Source of the DNA: the human T2T-CHM13v2.0 reference genome, Homo sapiens
Length of the DNA: 64,000 bases
NCBI RefSeq assembly: GCF_009914755.1
Contig: NC_060928.1
Direction: 5' to 3' (one strand)
The notes under the pieces are model-generated. The model had not been told where the DNA came from, did no database searches, and saw only the letters and a program-made list of their open reading frames with translations. Made by a program: the position numbers and the translations under genes. Positions 1 to 15,775 of the stretch are shown piece by piece; positions within the stretch are counted from its first letter, which is position 1; each line of letters starts with the position of its first letter.

Positions 1-284
1 GCTGCCACAAGGCCTTCCTTATAAAAGCTTGCACACCTTCCTTCACATGTTCTGGTGTCTTCCAAACAGACACAGAAGACTCACTGAAGGGCTCCAAGGC
101 TTTAGGGAAGTGAGGCTAAAATGATTTGTGGTGGGAATCTTTTTCCCTCTAATTTTTATAGTTACCAGAAAATAAGATTACTTACATAGATACTATAGCA
201 ATATAAACTTTCTAGAAAATTTTTAAAGCTTATAATTTCTATAATTTATCTCATGTACAAGTAACAAGTAGTGCACAGACTGGA

Positions 285-425
285 GCAAGAACATGGAATA
301 GCATTGTCCTATGTGATACTGTGACCTCAAGAGAGAAGATGTCTGCATCACTGGGTGACTGAATGAAACAGAACTCTACCAACCCACAATCAGACTGTAG
401 GAGAAGTGAGAAATAAACTTGACAA
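285..425 (+). mobile_element. Old MaLR (MLT1-type) LTR fragment
   Basis: ...gactgaatgaaacagaactctaccaaccc...gtgagaaataaactt resembles the 3' part of an MLT1 LTR. Confidence 0.45.
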
Positions 426-708
426 ATAAAGGTAGGATATGGTTTAAACTGCTACAATAAAGTAAGAAAAAACATAGAGCATTAAAAAGACATAAATCCT
501 GATATTTAATCAAAAAGTGATACGGTGGCTTGATGGTGTGGGTATGGGGTAAGCTATTATAAAAAAGAGACCCTTAGAACGGTGGCCTAAACAAGATGTA
601 AGTAAACAAGCCCTTATAGATGGTCAAAGGACAGTTTAGTAATTAGATCTTATTGCATAACTTAGTGTATTTGTTTCCTAATGCTGCCTTAAGAAATATC
701 ACAAATTT

Positions 709-1010
709 GGTCAGGCGTGGTGGCCCACGCCTGTAGTCCCAGCATTTTGGGAAGCTGAGTCAAGCGAATTGCTTGAGTCAAAGAGTTTCGGACCAGCCTG
801 GTGAACATGGCAAAAACCCATCTCTACTAAAAATACAAAAATTAGCCAAGTGTGCTGGCACATGCCTGTAGTCCCTGCTACCTGGGAGGCTGAGGTGGGA
901 GGATTGCTTGAGCCCAGAAAGTGGAGCTTGCAGTGAGCCTTGATTGCACAACTGTCCCTGATTCCAGCCTAGATGACAGACTAAAACCCTGTCAAAAAAA
1001 AAAAAAAAGA
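709..1010 (+). mobile_element. Alu, AluJ-like/old S
   Basis: Dimeric Alu with ggaggattgcttgagcccag, an A-tail and (GA)n. Confidence 0.93.
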
Positions 1011-1033
1011 GAGAGAGAGATAAAAGAAAATAA

Positions 1034-1412
<379 letters not shown>

Positions 1413-1898
1413 GACCACAAATTTAGTGGCTTAAGGCAACACAAACTTATTCTCTTATATTCTGGAGGCCAGAAGACCAAAATCAGTTTCACTGAACTAA
1501 AGTCAAGGTGTGGGTAGAGTTAGTTGGGTTTGGAGAGTACACGGGATAATCCACGTTCATGCATTGTCTGGCTTCTTGAAGATGTCTGCATTTATTGGCT
1601 GATGACTCATTCCTCAAGTCACTACAACCTTTTGCTCTGTTATCACATATCCTGCTTCCTTCTTTTATCTTCTTGCCTTCATCTGATGAGGACCCTTATA
1701 ATTATATTTAGCACCAACCTGGATAACTTTCCTATCTCAAGATCCTTAAACTATATACATGTGCAAGTCTCCCCTTTGCCATATAAGGTAACATTCACAT
1801 ATTCCAGAAATTAGGATGTGGAAATCTTTTGGAGAGAATATTCACCTGACCACACCCAGGCAACTTCTATCTTTTTCTTCTACTACAAAACATGACTT

Positions 1899-1899
<1 letters not shown>

Positions 1900-1929
<30 letters not shown>

Positions 1930-4226
1930 TAAATTTTACTTTAAGTTCTGGGATACATGTGCAGGACATGCAGGTTTGTTACATAGTTATACATGTGCCA
2001 GCGTGGTTTGCTGCACCTATCAACCCATAATCTAGGTTTTAAGCCCCATATGCATTAGGTATTTGTCCTAATGCTCTCCCTCTCCTTGCCCCCAAGCCCT
2101 GACAGGTCCCAGTGTGTGATATTCCCCTCCCTGTGTCCATGTGTTTTCATTGTTCAACTCCCACTTATGAGTGAGAACATACGGTGTTTGGTTTTCTATT
2201 CCTGTGTTAGTTTGCTGAGAATGGTGGCTTCCAGCTTCATCCATGTCCCTGCAAAGGACATTAACTCATCCTTTTTTACAGCTGCATAGTATTCCATGGT
2301 GTGTATGTGCCACGTTTTTCATTGATGGGCATTTGGGTTGGTTGAAGTCTTTGCTATTGTAAATAGTGCTCCAATAAACATACATGTGCATGTGTCTTTA
2401 TAGTAGAATGATTCATAATCCTTTCGGTATATGCAGTAATGGGATCGCTGGGTCAAATGGCATTTCCAGTTCTCGATCTTTGAGGAATTGCCACACTGTC
2501 TTCCACAATGGTCGAACAACTAATTTACACTCCTACCAACGTGTAAAAGCATTTCTATTTCTCCACAGCCTTGCCAGCATCTGTTGTTTCCTGACTTTTT
2601 AATAATCGCCATTCTGACTGGCATGAGATGGTGTCTTGTTGTGGTTTTGATTTGCATTTCTCTAATAACCAGTGATGATGAAATTTTTTTCAAAGGCTTT
2701 TTGGCCACATAAATGCCTTCTTTTGTGAGGTGTCTGTTGATATACTTTGCCCACTTTTTGATGGAGTTGTTTTTTTCTTGTAAATTTGTTTAAATTCCTT
2801 GTAGATTCCGGATATGAGACCTTTGTCAGATAAGAAGATTGCAAAAAATGTTCTCCCATTCTGTAGGTTGCCTGTTCACTTTGATGAGTTTATTTTGCTG
2901 TACAGAAACTCTTTAGTTTAATTAGATCTCTATGTCAATTTTGGCTTTTCTTGCAATTACTTTTGGTGTTTTAGTTATGAAGTCTTTGCCCATGCCTATG
3001 TCTTGAATGGTATTGTCCAGGTTTTCTTTTTTTTCTTTTTTTTTGTGAGACAGAGTCTCACTCTGTTGCCCAGGCTGGAGTGCAGTGGTGCATCTTGGTT
3101 CACTGAAACCTCTGCCCCCTGGATTCAAATGAATCTCCTGCCTCAGCCTCCCTAGTAGCTGGGATTACAGGCACCTGCTACTGCGCCTGGCTAATTTTTG
3201 TATTTTTAGTAGAGACAGGGTTTCACCATCTTGGCCAGGCTGGTCATGAACTCCTGACCTTGTGATCCACCCACCTTGGTCTCCTGAAGTGCTGGGATTA
3301 CAAGGCGTGAGCCACCGTGCACGGCCGCCTAGGTTTTCTTCCAGTGTTTTTATGGTTTTGGGTTTCACATTTAAGTCTTTAATCCATCTTGAGTTAATCA
3401 GGCAAGAGAAATAAATAAAGGGTATTCAAATAGGAAGAAAGGAAGTAAAATTGTCTCTGTTTGGAGATGACATGATTGTATATTTTGGAAACCCCATTGA
3501 CTCAGCCCCAAAACTCCTTAAGCTGATAAGAAACTTCAGCAAAGTCTCAGAATACAAAATCAATGTGCAAAAATCACAACCATTCCTATATACCAACAAC
3601 AGACAAATAAAGAGCCAAATCATGAGTGAAATCCCATTCACAATTGCTACAAAAAGAATAAAATACCTAGGAATACAACATACAAGGGACGTGAAGGACC
3701 TCTTCAAGGAGAACTACAAACCACTCCTCAAGGAAATAAGAGAGGACACAAACAAATGGAAAAACATTCCATGCTCATAGATAGGAAGAATCAATATCAT
3801 GAAAATGGCCATACTGCCCAAAGTAATTGATAGATTCAATGCTATTCTCATCAAGTTACCATTGACTTTCTTCACGGAATTAGAAAAAAATACTTTAAAT
3901 TTCATATGGAACCAAAAAAGAGCCGATATAGCCAAGACAATATTAAGCAAAAAGAACAAAGCTGGAGGCATCACGCTATCTGACTTCAAACTACACTACA
4001 AGGCTACAGTAACCAAAACAGCATGGTGCTGGTACCAAAAACAGATATACAGACCAATGGGACAGAACAGAGACCTCAGAAATAACACTACACATCTGCA
4101 GCCATCTGATCTTCGACAAACCTGACAAAAACAAGCAACTGGGAAATGATTCCCTATTTAATAAATGGTGCTGGGAAAACTGGCTAGCCATATGCAGAAA
4201 ATAGAAACTGGATCCCTTTCTTAACA
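1900..4226 (-). mobile_element. L1PA8-like LINE-1, 5'-truncated with 5' inversion (minus 1900-3398, plus 3399-4226), carrying an Alu
   Basis: Poly-T then L1 3'UTR (tctaggttttaagcccc...gcattagg). Strand switch at ~3398. The plus part encodes RT/ORF2 remnants (FGDDMIVY, ORFs 3451 and 3799). Degenerate TSD gact(t/c)tccttttt on both sides. Confidence 0.93.
3029..3326 (-). mobile_element. AluS (Sg-like) inside L1PA8
   Basis: Full Alu on the minus strand; TSD gtccaggttttctt (3015-3028) / gcctaggttttctt (3327-3340). Confidence 0.95.
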
Positions 4227-5149
4227 CATTAGACTCTCCTTTTTCAAATTTAAAATAGCTCCTCCAACTATCATCATCACACTCATTTTTCAACAAACAA
4301 AAAGAGAAATAGATGACATATATCTTTTCTAGTATCATAATTGAGATATGAAAAACAATAATTACCTTCTCAATCCATTGGCCAAAAATTTGTCATAGAA
4401 AAAAGTTTCAAGGAGGACTGAGGAAGGTAATCTTTAGGTAGGCATCCATAGGCTGGCTAATATTGAGCTTCAATTACTGAGGAAAACTATCAAAATTTAT
4501 GTGGTAGACCACAAATAGTCTTTTCTCCATACATAGTGACAAAATTAACATTTTTATGAGAAGTTATGATCCAGTCATATAAGTTCTTTAAATTTGTGCA
4601 ATTGTTATAGGAAATCTATATCTTAGGACAGCCAAAAATAACACTTCTTTTTAGAACAGGGATTCATTCTCCTTTCTTGTTCTAGTGAGTATTTGCCATG
4701 TTTTTTTGGCAGAATTATGTACCAGACTCAGAGAACAAAATAGGTATTACTTAAAATTTCTAAATTTATTGTATGTAGGGCTGATGCTGTCAATATTAGT
4801 CATGTGTACTAACTTTCAGAACTTTTTACAAATGAGGGTCTTAGGAAAACTTTCCTCTAACCCATACAACTTTAAGGCCTTTAAGAAAATTGACATGATA
4901 GAGAAGGTTATGGTAGAAAACTTGTAACTTAAAACTTGTAAGCCATTTGCCATAAATAAACAGAACAAATATGAAATGAGTGTCATGAAACATTGGAAAA
5001 CCAGCAGCAAAGGATGGCAATCCCTGAAAGAAGAGAAGAAAAAAGACAAAAAAAAAAAAAAAAAAAGGAAACAAGATGTGGTGTATAATTGTCTTGGCTT
5101 TCTTCCTGGCGGCATCCATTGACATTGATGCAGAAAGAGAGAACTGAAA

Positions 5150-7416
<2,267 letters not shown>

Positions 7417-7957
7417 TCATACATTTTCAAGGACTTCTTTCCCTGAAAGTGACCATAATAAAGAATCAGGGAAAAACTTGGTTCTTTGGACTTTGCATGT
7501 AGTTTAAACTTTTGGACTTTCTTTAGACTTTAAATTATAAGGGCAGAAGAATTTAATTTTGGATATTAATTACTTTGGACTAATTTTTTGGAACTTTAAT
7601 CTCTTCAGTTTTATTTCTCTCAGAATTTAATAATTAGAACATTTATATATTAATTTTTGAACACGTCTATATTCTTGCTATTCAATAATTGAAGCATCTT
7701 GACGTCATGATTTAATTTAATCACAGAGCCTCTGAAGAACTCTATTGAACAGTGTAACTGAACATAATTTGACATGAGAAACAGTATATAGAGGGAATTT
7801 TGAGGCTTTGAAGTTAACGAATTTTTGTACTGTTTTATTATAGTTCAAAGTCTTCTGTAAACAAACATAGTGCCCACTAGTAATTCTTAGGGGAAGCTAC
7901 AATAGAGCAGCAATTGTTATTAAGTGAAGAACTTTAAATTTATTTAAAATATGAATA

Positions 7958-8480
7958 TCTCCAAAAGCAGCTCTGAGAAAAGACCCTAGGTTCAACTAGT
8001 TTTGATTTGACAAGTGATCCCAGGAGGGACAAGTGTGAAAATGGGAAAAGTTAGACAATGAAAGGAAAACTACAATAAAAGGTCAAAGAAGAAGGGGGAT
8101 GCATTCATGAGATTCATAACTATGGAAAAAAAGGAATGGATTCTAGTGTGGACCCCTTGAACAATGTTGAATGCCCCTCAGGAGCTTCCCATTGAGTGAG
8201 TGGGTAGCTGTGCTTCTTACCCACTGATTTGTGTCCCTCATTGGTTAATGATGATTCCTAAGGACATCAACTCCCTGGCATATTAGGGCTTCCTTGAGTG
8301 TAGCTGATAAAGATTCTTGGGCAGTTAGATTGGGGCAAAAGTAATTGTGGTTTTGCCATTAAAAGTAAGTGCAAAAAAAGCAATTACTTTTGCACTAAAC
8401 TAACTAATAAGTAAAATCTTAAGGAACAGTGGCAGAGAGACAAGCTTTGGCAGTAAGTAGTTATCAAGGGATATTCACCA
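7958..8480 (-). mobile_element. Old MLT1 (J/K-like) LTR fragment, interrupted by MADE1
   Basis: ctccaaaagcagctctgaga...tagttttgatttgacaagtgatcccaggg resembles the reverse strand of an MLT1 LTR. Confidence 0.5.
8325..8403. mobile_element. MADE1 (Hsmar1-derived MITE), palindromic, miR-548-family type
   Basis: ttagattggggcaaaagtaattgtggttttgccatt...gcaaaaaaagcaattacttttgcactaaactaa, ~80 bp with inverted arms, matches the MADE1 consensus. Confidence 0.92.
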
Positions 8481-8711
8481 TAGATGAGGAGGCCTGTGTG
8501 GGCTATGGAGCAAGACATGAATACTGTCTGCTGTGGGGCCTCATGAGGCAAAAGCCTGAAATGATACATGGCCAATACCACCCCCCAAGCAAGAGCCAAT
8601 CTCCTAGATGACAATCAACTGAAAGTTTTAAATCAAAATTAAAAGAATAAAGAGTTGAAGAATATGAAGAAGGGAAACATATTCCCACCTGTCATCTTTT
8701 TAGGAGGGAAA

Positions 8712-8883
8712 CTGTAGTTCTCAAAGCTTATCTCCAGAATTACCAGAAGGTTTGTTAGAACACACATTGTTCTATGCCCTACTTAGAGCTTCTGATTTGT
8801 AGCCACAGATGAGACCTGAGAATTTGCCTTTAAAACATGTCGCTGTTGCTCCTTGTGCATGAACCACAGTTTGACAATCACTG
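8712..8883. mobile_element. MER5A (hAT-Charlie) DNA transposon
   Basis: Terminal gtagttctcaaa...ttgacaatcactg; internal gagcttctgatt...ctgagaatttgc. Confidence 0.8.
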
Positions 8884-10470
8884 AGCTAGGGTAACCCTCT
8901 AGCTTCTCACTCTCTCATTTATTAACTCACAGTGGGAGGAGAAGAGAGGGTGAAGGAGACCTCTTCCTGCTTTGTAGATCTCACTGTCTCACTTTCTAGA
9001 TCTCTCTGCAGTCTGGCCAAGTTTAGCTAGGACGGTTTACCACACCCAGTGCAGAGATTCCAGTGTTCCCTATGACCAAATGAGGAAGCTGAATTACATG
9101 ATGCAAGAAAGAAAGCTATTGTTGCCCCAGACTTAAGCTGGGTTTTCTAAATAATAGCTCTGTCAGTAATGAAGGTCATGCTTTGTATCTGTATATCTGG
9201 CTTTTGTGTCTTTCGTACAGATGTTTCCAAACTTTGAAGGAGAAAAATCAGGGTGTTTTATATAGACATCTGGTAAAACCAACAAACAACAACCACTTTA
9301 TGCAGAAGTTTTCTTATTTCAGTAGAAAACACATCCGCACAATATTATGTATGAGGGCTTAAATAATTTGAATGGGAGAGAAGTAACAGTGTACATATAG
9401 TTTCACTGTGAATATGGACAAGCTTTCTGCCCAGAGGGGCGTGTAAACAATGATGACTTTTAAAAATTTCAAACATTCTGTATCATAAGATCTAAAGACG
9501 ATTTGCTTTATGTAAAAAGAGAAAGAAAAGCATGAAATGAAATCCCCTGGTAGAGTCAAGCTACTTTGATTTATACATAATGTTTCTTCAGACAATGGCA
9601 CAGAAGCACTCTCATATTTCAATATCTAATTTGCATTGTTTGAAAAGGAACAGGGCTATAGATAGACTTTTATTTGGCTTATGCTCTAGGATATTTAAAC
9701 AGACTTTGAACTTCAAAAAGACTCTTTTACAAATTCCAGTAACTTGTGGTATTTTCCGGGCTTGTTATGGTAATCAATGACATATTTTGTTTTTATTATG
9801 AATTGACAAATTGTTAAGATAAATATTTTAAATTCTGAAAGCCTGATTTTCTAAAGTTCTTTTTAACTTTTTCTAAAAGTGAATGAAAAATATAAGATGA
9901 GTTAAACCAGTTTTAGAGATTTGTTGAATTCCATAAATGTGCTATTTGGTAGATAATTTGCATTTTCTCGCATTTTTGTTGTATTTTTATCCAGTATTGT
10001 TCCTCGTTCCCAACTACTGTTTGTTGTTGTTGACTTACAACACTTGAGTAATCCCAAGTTTGTTATACTTCTTGACATAAAAAACATGCGTTTAAAGTTC
10101 TTATGCCAAGTACGAAACACCATAAAACCAAAGGAGAGGAACACACCAAAAAAGAGACAGTACCAATTTTAGGGCTGTGGTTTTGTAACTTACCCCACCA
10201 TTTCTAGATATGTTATTATAAAGTGTCATTATTCTATTTTTTGTTTGGCAAAATATTTTGATACATCAGAAACTTTGCAAATAAGGTGGCTAGTTACCTA
10301 CTTGATATTTATTTTCCCCTTTCTTCTAGTTAACATAATCTTTATATTGTTGTGGGTGGCAATACGTCACAGTCAGAGAAATATATTGTGCCATGTCTTT
10401 GCATTTAGGGAGGATCAGTGGAAGTTATCACTGGTGCTTTCATTAAAACTTTTTTAAAAAGTTCTGTCTC

Positions 10471-10786
10471 AGCCGGGTGTGGTGGCTCATGCCTGTAATC
10501 CCAGCACTTTGGGAGGCTGAAGCGGGTGAATCACGAGGTCAGCAGTTCAAGACTAGCCTGGCTAAGATGGTGAAACCTGTCTCTACTAAAAATAAAAAAT
10601 AAAATAAAATAAAAAAAGTAGCCAGGCGTGGTGGCGGGCACCTGTAATCCCAGCTACTGGGGAGGCTGAGGCAGAGAATTGCTTGAACCCAGGGGGCGGA
10701 GGTTGCAGGGAGCCAAGATGGCGCCACTGCACTCCAGCCTGGGCAACAGAGAAAGACTCCGTCTCAAAATAAATAAATAAATAAAA
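10471..10786 (+). mobile_element. AluSg-like
   Basis: Full dimer; TSD aaaagttctgtctc (10457-10470) / aaaagttctttctc (10783-10796). Confidence 0.95.
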
Positions 10787-10849
10787 GTTCTTTCTCATGT
10801 GTCAGGTGTCATTTTCCCCTTCCTCCCTCTTCCTGTTTCCCTGTTGAAA

Positions 10850-11082
10850 GGTCTACAGAATTTCCACAGCCATTTTGAAGTCACAGGATGAGACTGAGGG
10901 TAGAAACTGTGTGCTAATCATAATAGAGGAAGCTTATGATATTGATGACATTATAGATCTGCCATCCCCAAACCGCCCTATCTTGTCTTATTTTCTGTGT
11001 TAGAAGAATACACTGTATCTCCTTTGAGCCCCTGTCCTTTTGGGTCTGTATTATAGCAGTTAATAGTTAATCCCTCACTGTT
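10850..11082 (+). mobile_element. MLT1-type LTR 3' fragment
   Basis: cagccattttgaa...gatgacattatagatctgcc...tgggtctgtattatagcag...atccctcactg. Confidence 0.55.
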
Positions 11083-11419
11083 AAATATAAAATGAACTTT
11101 GAAACACACTTTTTGCCTTCCCTTGTTGATATAAATGCAGTAGAACAAATTTTTGACCAATGATAGTTGAATTTGATAAATCAGTGTTATTTTATACCTT
11201 ATTTTTCCTTGTGGTTAAGAGTAGAACTGGCAAATTAGATTAGGACATTTGGGCTGCTTAAAACCCTAGCAAACCTTAGTGGTCCACAGAGTCCTTTATA
11301 TAGACTTGACCTAACTAGAAACATTTTTTTTAGAAACTGAAATTGCCAGCTGCTTTGAGAAAATGCTTTGAGGTATTGCATATCTTCCTCTCTAGTACCT
11401 CATTCTAGTAATATTTGAT

Positions 11420-12396
11420 CCTTGGGAACACCAGTCCATTTTCATGTCACATTTATCATGTCCTCTCTTGTGTCCTTATCTCACACTTAGTCTGTAGTCC
11501 ACTGTAATCACTCCCTTGTAAACTTATTTAACTTCTTCTCTCCTAACTATTCCCCCACTTACTCACCTGACAAACAAAACACTAGCTAAATCAGAATCTT
11601 TTTTTCTCTCATGGCCACTTTACAGTCAACCACAACAGAAGGAAAACATACTTCATGAATACTCCAAGCTCTCCCCAACACACCAACTACATATTATTAT
11701 TTCAATTGCCCTCCTGCATTGCAAGATAATTATTCGACATGTCTTCCCCTCCTCAAACCACTAAAGCTATTACAAACTCTTCACTTTCAACCAATGGTAT
11801 TATTCATTTCCCTGAAGAAACTTTACGTAATGCAAAAAGGACGTCCTCATGCTCCTACACTGTGAATCTTTTCCCAAACAGTCTGTCTTTCTCTCTGTTT
11901 CAACACAGGGACTATTCATCTTCCAAAGATCAGTCCGTCCTTCTGTGAATTAGATCACATCAATTTTAAATTTAATTGATTTGTTACTATAATTATCCTT
12001 TTGGTCTTATAAATTATCTGCTTTTAATCTTTACTGGATTATTCCCATCAGCATAAAAGATGATCATATCTGTAACTTTTATAAAATTCACTCCCTTGAA
12101 TGCAGGTGCTTTGCAGCTACTGCAAAGTTCTCTCTTTACTTTCAGCAAATGTTCTCCTTTAAAAGAGTTAATGATAGAAGTGTTCTTGATTTTCTCACTT
12201 TCCTTTCTCTCTTGAATTGACCATAATCATAGTTTTATTACCAATACTTGGCAAAAGCTGGTCTTGGAAAGGTTAATAATTGCACACAAGTACTGAAATC
12301 TAGTGCTTAAATTATACTCCTCATCTTGTTTGCCTTCTCAGCAATGATAATATCATTGGTTTTCTCTCCAAACCCCATCCCTTCCTGAAAATCTTT
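11420..12396 (+). mobile_element. L2 LINE relic, part 1
   Basis: C/T-rich degenerate L2 motifs (ccctcctcaaacc, ctcctcatcttgtttgccttctcagca). Confidence 0.6.
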
Positions 12397-12889
12397 ATAC
12401 CAAGATAGTCAGAGCAATTTAAATGTTATGGGACATAATGGAAAGAAACTGGTTTTGCTCCCTGTGAGATATCGGTTCAGGGACCCTTGTACCTCGAAAA
12501 GGAAAAGCATTAGAGTTCAGCACAAGCAATCACTGCTAATATTGAATTCCTCTTGATTAATTCATAATGCTAAGGCTGATGGGGAGCACTCTGTTTCTGA
12601 GACCTCATTATTTCTTTATTTCCATATTCCATCTTCAGAAAAACCCGAGATCAGAGAGTAAGCAGTTCATTCATGGGAGGGGATGAAACAGGGAAGCCGC
12701 CTTTCACCAGCGCTGCTCAATGCAACCTTGCAACATAAAGCCGGCAGTTTGGCTCAAAGTCTCCTTCATGGGTTTCCCAGCTGGAGCATGGCAAATGAGT
12801 AAGTTATGTAAGAAACCTACATCAGACATGAATGAAGAGCAGCAGCTCCTGAAGAGCAGCCGTTTAGAATAGTTGTCACACTTTACCAC

Positions 12890-13045
12890 GCATCACAATT
12901 TCCTGAGAAGCTTTTCAAAATGCAAATTTCAAGTCAGAATTCCTGAGAGTGCTGGTGAAGTCCAGGGTTCTGCACTTGTGATCTTTTCTTTTATGTGATT
13001 CTGATGCAGGTGGAGAACATGCACCATACACTCTAAAAACTACTA
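12890..13045. mobile_element. MER5-type DNA transposon remnant
   Basis: gcatcacaatt...aaaatgcaaatt...gtgattctgatgca...acactctaaaaactact. Confidence 0.55.
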
Positions 13046-13226
13046 AGAACTCTTACATGGAAGATCTAGGACTGGGAATGAGGATAAGAGATAAAAGACA
13101 GAATTAATTGCTAGCCAAAAATGAAATTGGAGACATTCTCTCCCTAATGCTAAAAAAAAAAAAAAAAAAAGGCAGGGCATTAATCTTGTTGAATAGGCAA
13201 ACAGTCAGTAAGCATTTACCACAAAA

Positions 13227-13338
13227 TAGAAGGTGAGGACCAGACGTGCAAGAACAATTTCCCCATGGATGCTGCATTTACCTAGAGGGTGAGGACCAGA
13301 CATGCAAGAACAATTTCCCCATGGATGCAGCATTTACC
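13227..13338 (+). repeat. 56-bp tandem duplication (2 copies, 3 mismatches)
   Basis: tagaaggtgaggaccagacgtgcaagaacaatttccccatggatgctgcatttacc at 13227 and 13283. Confidence 0.95.
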
Positions 13339-13644
13339 TATAGGGACGAGCATCCTCAGCACAGACTTGTCCTACCCTCTCAAGATTGTGTATCAGCAGG
13401 TACAATTACTTTATATATGAAAGTCCATCTCCAAACAGCTGAGGCCACTGGAAACACCATGAATCAACTTTGCATCTCGCCTGCTTTCTTCCCTGGTTTC
13501 ATTGAAAGTTGGATTCAAAGACTTGATTATGTCTAGATACCAACTGTATTTTCACCAGAAACCAAGAACTAGATCTGCTCCCCTGGAGCGTCAACAATAG
13601 TCAAATCAGATTACCCAATATTTTCAAACTTTTTGGCACATGTT

Positions 13645-14410
13645 ATTAATTGATTTCCAGTACACGTACTTCTCATCACAGGGTCCTCCTTCTCAGTGTT
13701 CTCCACTTGTTAACCTCAGATCCAAGGCTCAATCCTCTGACTTCATATCCATTTATATTTATTTCTAAAGTGACCTAATTAAGCTCAGATTTATGACTTT
13801 CAATGCAATGTATACATATTGATATTATCTGAACATACAACTTTGGGCTTTCATGTTCCTCAATTGAATACTTGACATTTTCATCGATAATATAATTATA
13901 TTTAAGTTAACATGCTAAAATTTAATCTCATCCAATCTCAAAATGTGTTCCTTCTTCAAAGTAGTAAATGGCACACCCATATACCTGTTTCCTTCAAATT
14001 CCTTAGCATCATTTTTTAACTCTCTCTCACACTCACATGCTATTCCTCAGTGATACTGACAGAAGTACTTTTAAAATATATTCCAAATGTGACCACTTCT
14101 TTATAACTCCACCATTAAGACTATATTTTAAGCTACCACTATCTCTTACTTGGACACTAAAATAGTCTTTAAACTATTCATTTATTTTAAAATAAATCAG
14201 AATGTGCTACTCTGTATACTAAACACTTTGACAGCTTCCCCTTACACTTAGAATGGAAATCCAAATATTTACCTGAGTCTACAGGGCTCCATGTGATCTG
14301 CCCCAAGGCTACCTCTGCAAGCTCATTATCTGCCACTCTCCTCTAAATTCATGCCCATCACACTAGCCATCTTGCTGTTCCTACAGAAAGCCATGTAAGT
14401 TTCTGCCTCC
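13645..14410 (+). mobile_element. L2 LINE relic, part 2
   Basis: ctccttctcagtg, ccaaggctcaatcctc, tgaccacttct, cagcttcccc ttacacttagaat, ctccatgtgatctgcccc, cttgctgttcct. Confidence 0.7.
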
Positions 14411-15010
14411 TTTTCATAAATCAGAGTATATTAAAATATATGTTACAATAAATTATGGAAATGAAATATTTACTAATCAGTCATATGTGTAATCCTGTAT
14501 TAATGCTAGTAAATAACTAAAATTTGAATTAAATCAAGAATAAAGAAAAGCTCTGATTGTAGGAGTGATATCAGCCCACCTGGTCAACATTCATAGGTAG
14601 ACATTAAATTAACCATCAAGAGTATAAAACTTGCTATACATGAATAACAGTAGTCTATATCATTAAAACAATCAATTAAATAGATGATCTGCTTAAAATT
14701 TTTGTTTCTAAAATTTATGCCTGCCTAATTGTTAATATTCTAAACGAAAAAATAATGTAAATTTCTTGTGTTCTAATTTTCCAATTAAAATGAGTTACTC
14801 TAATATTTTATAACAAAAATAGTACTAATTTATAGTGCTTATTTACTTGGAAATTTTGTGTTTTTTTTTTTTACTTAAAAAACTTTTACATTATCAGTTG
14901 AGTCTCAAAACTTGAAATATTATTAGTACCTTGTAAAAACTCAAAAAATTGAAGGCTTCACTTCCTAGTAAACTATGGTGTTCTTTGAATAGTTAGGGTA
15001 ACAAAAATCA

Positions 15011-15139
<129 letters not shown>

Positions 15140-15406
15140 CTATTAAAAATAAAATAAAACAAGGTGTTTGCATTTTGAATTAATTGTAACAATTTCAATT
15201 TTTAAAAGGTGTATTCAGGTACAAAACAAATAGACTCAAATATTGTTTTAAAATTATCAAAATGAGCATTGTTGGGTGTATAAGCGTAAAGGATCTGTAA
15301 TTATAATTTTCTAACAATATGTTTTGTTTAAAAAGCATCATATCACTCATAAATATAGCTTTTTAATATTTATTTGAAATGCATGTTTAATATATAAAGT
15401 AACTTA

Positions 15407-15775
<369 letters not shown>

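Noticed and set aside
9902-10144. Minus-strand 80-aa ORF in unique sequence as the next FSTL5 exon
   Set aside because: No match to the expected VPPVIRVYPES Ig continuation and no convincing splice pair.
13227-13338. Repeat units as a CRISPR-like array
   Set aside because: Only two abutting copies with no spacers, in eukaryotic DNA.
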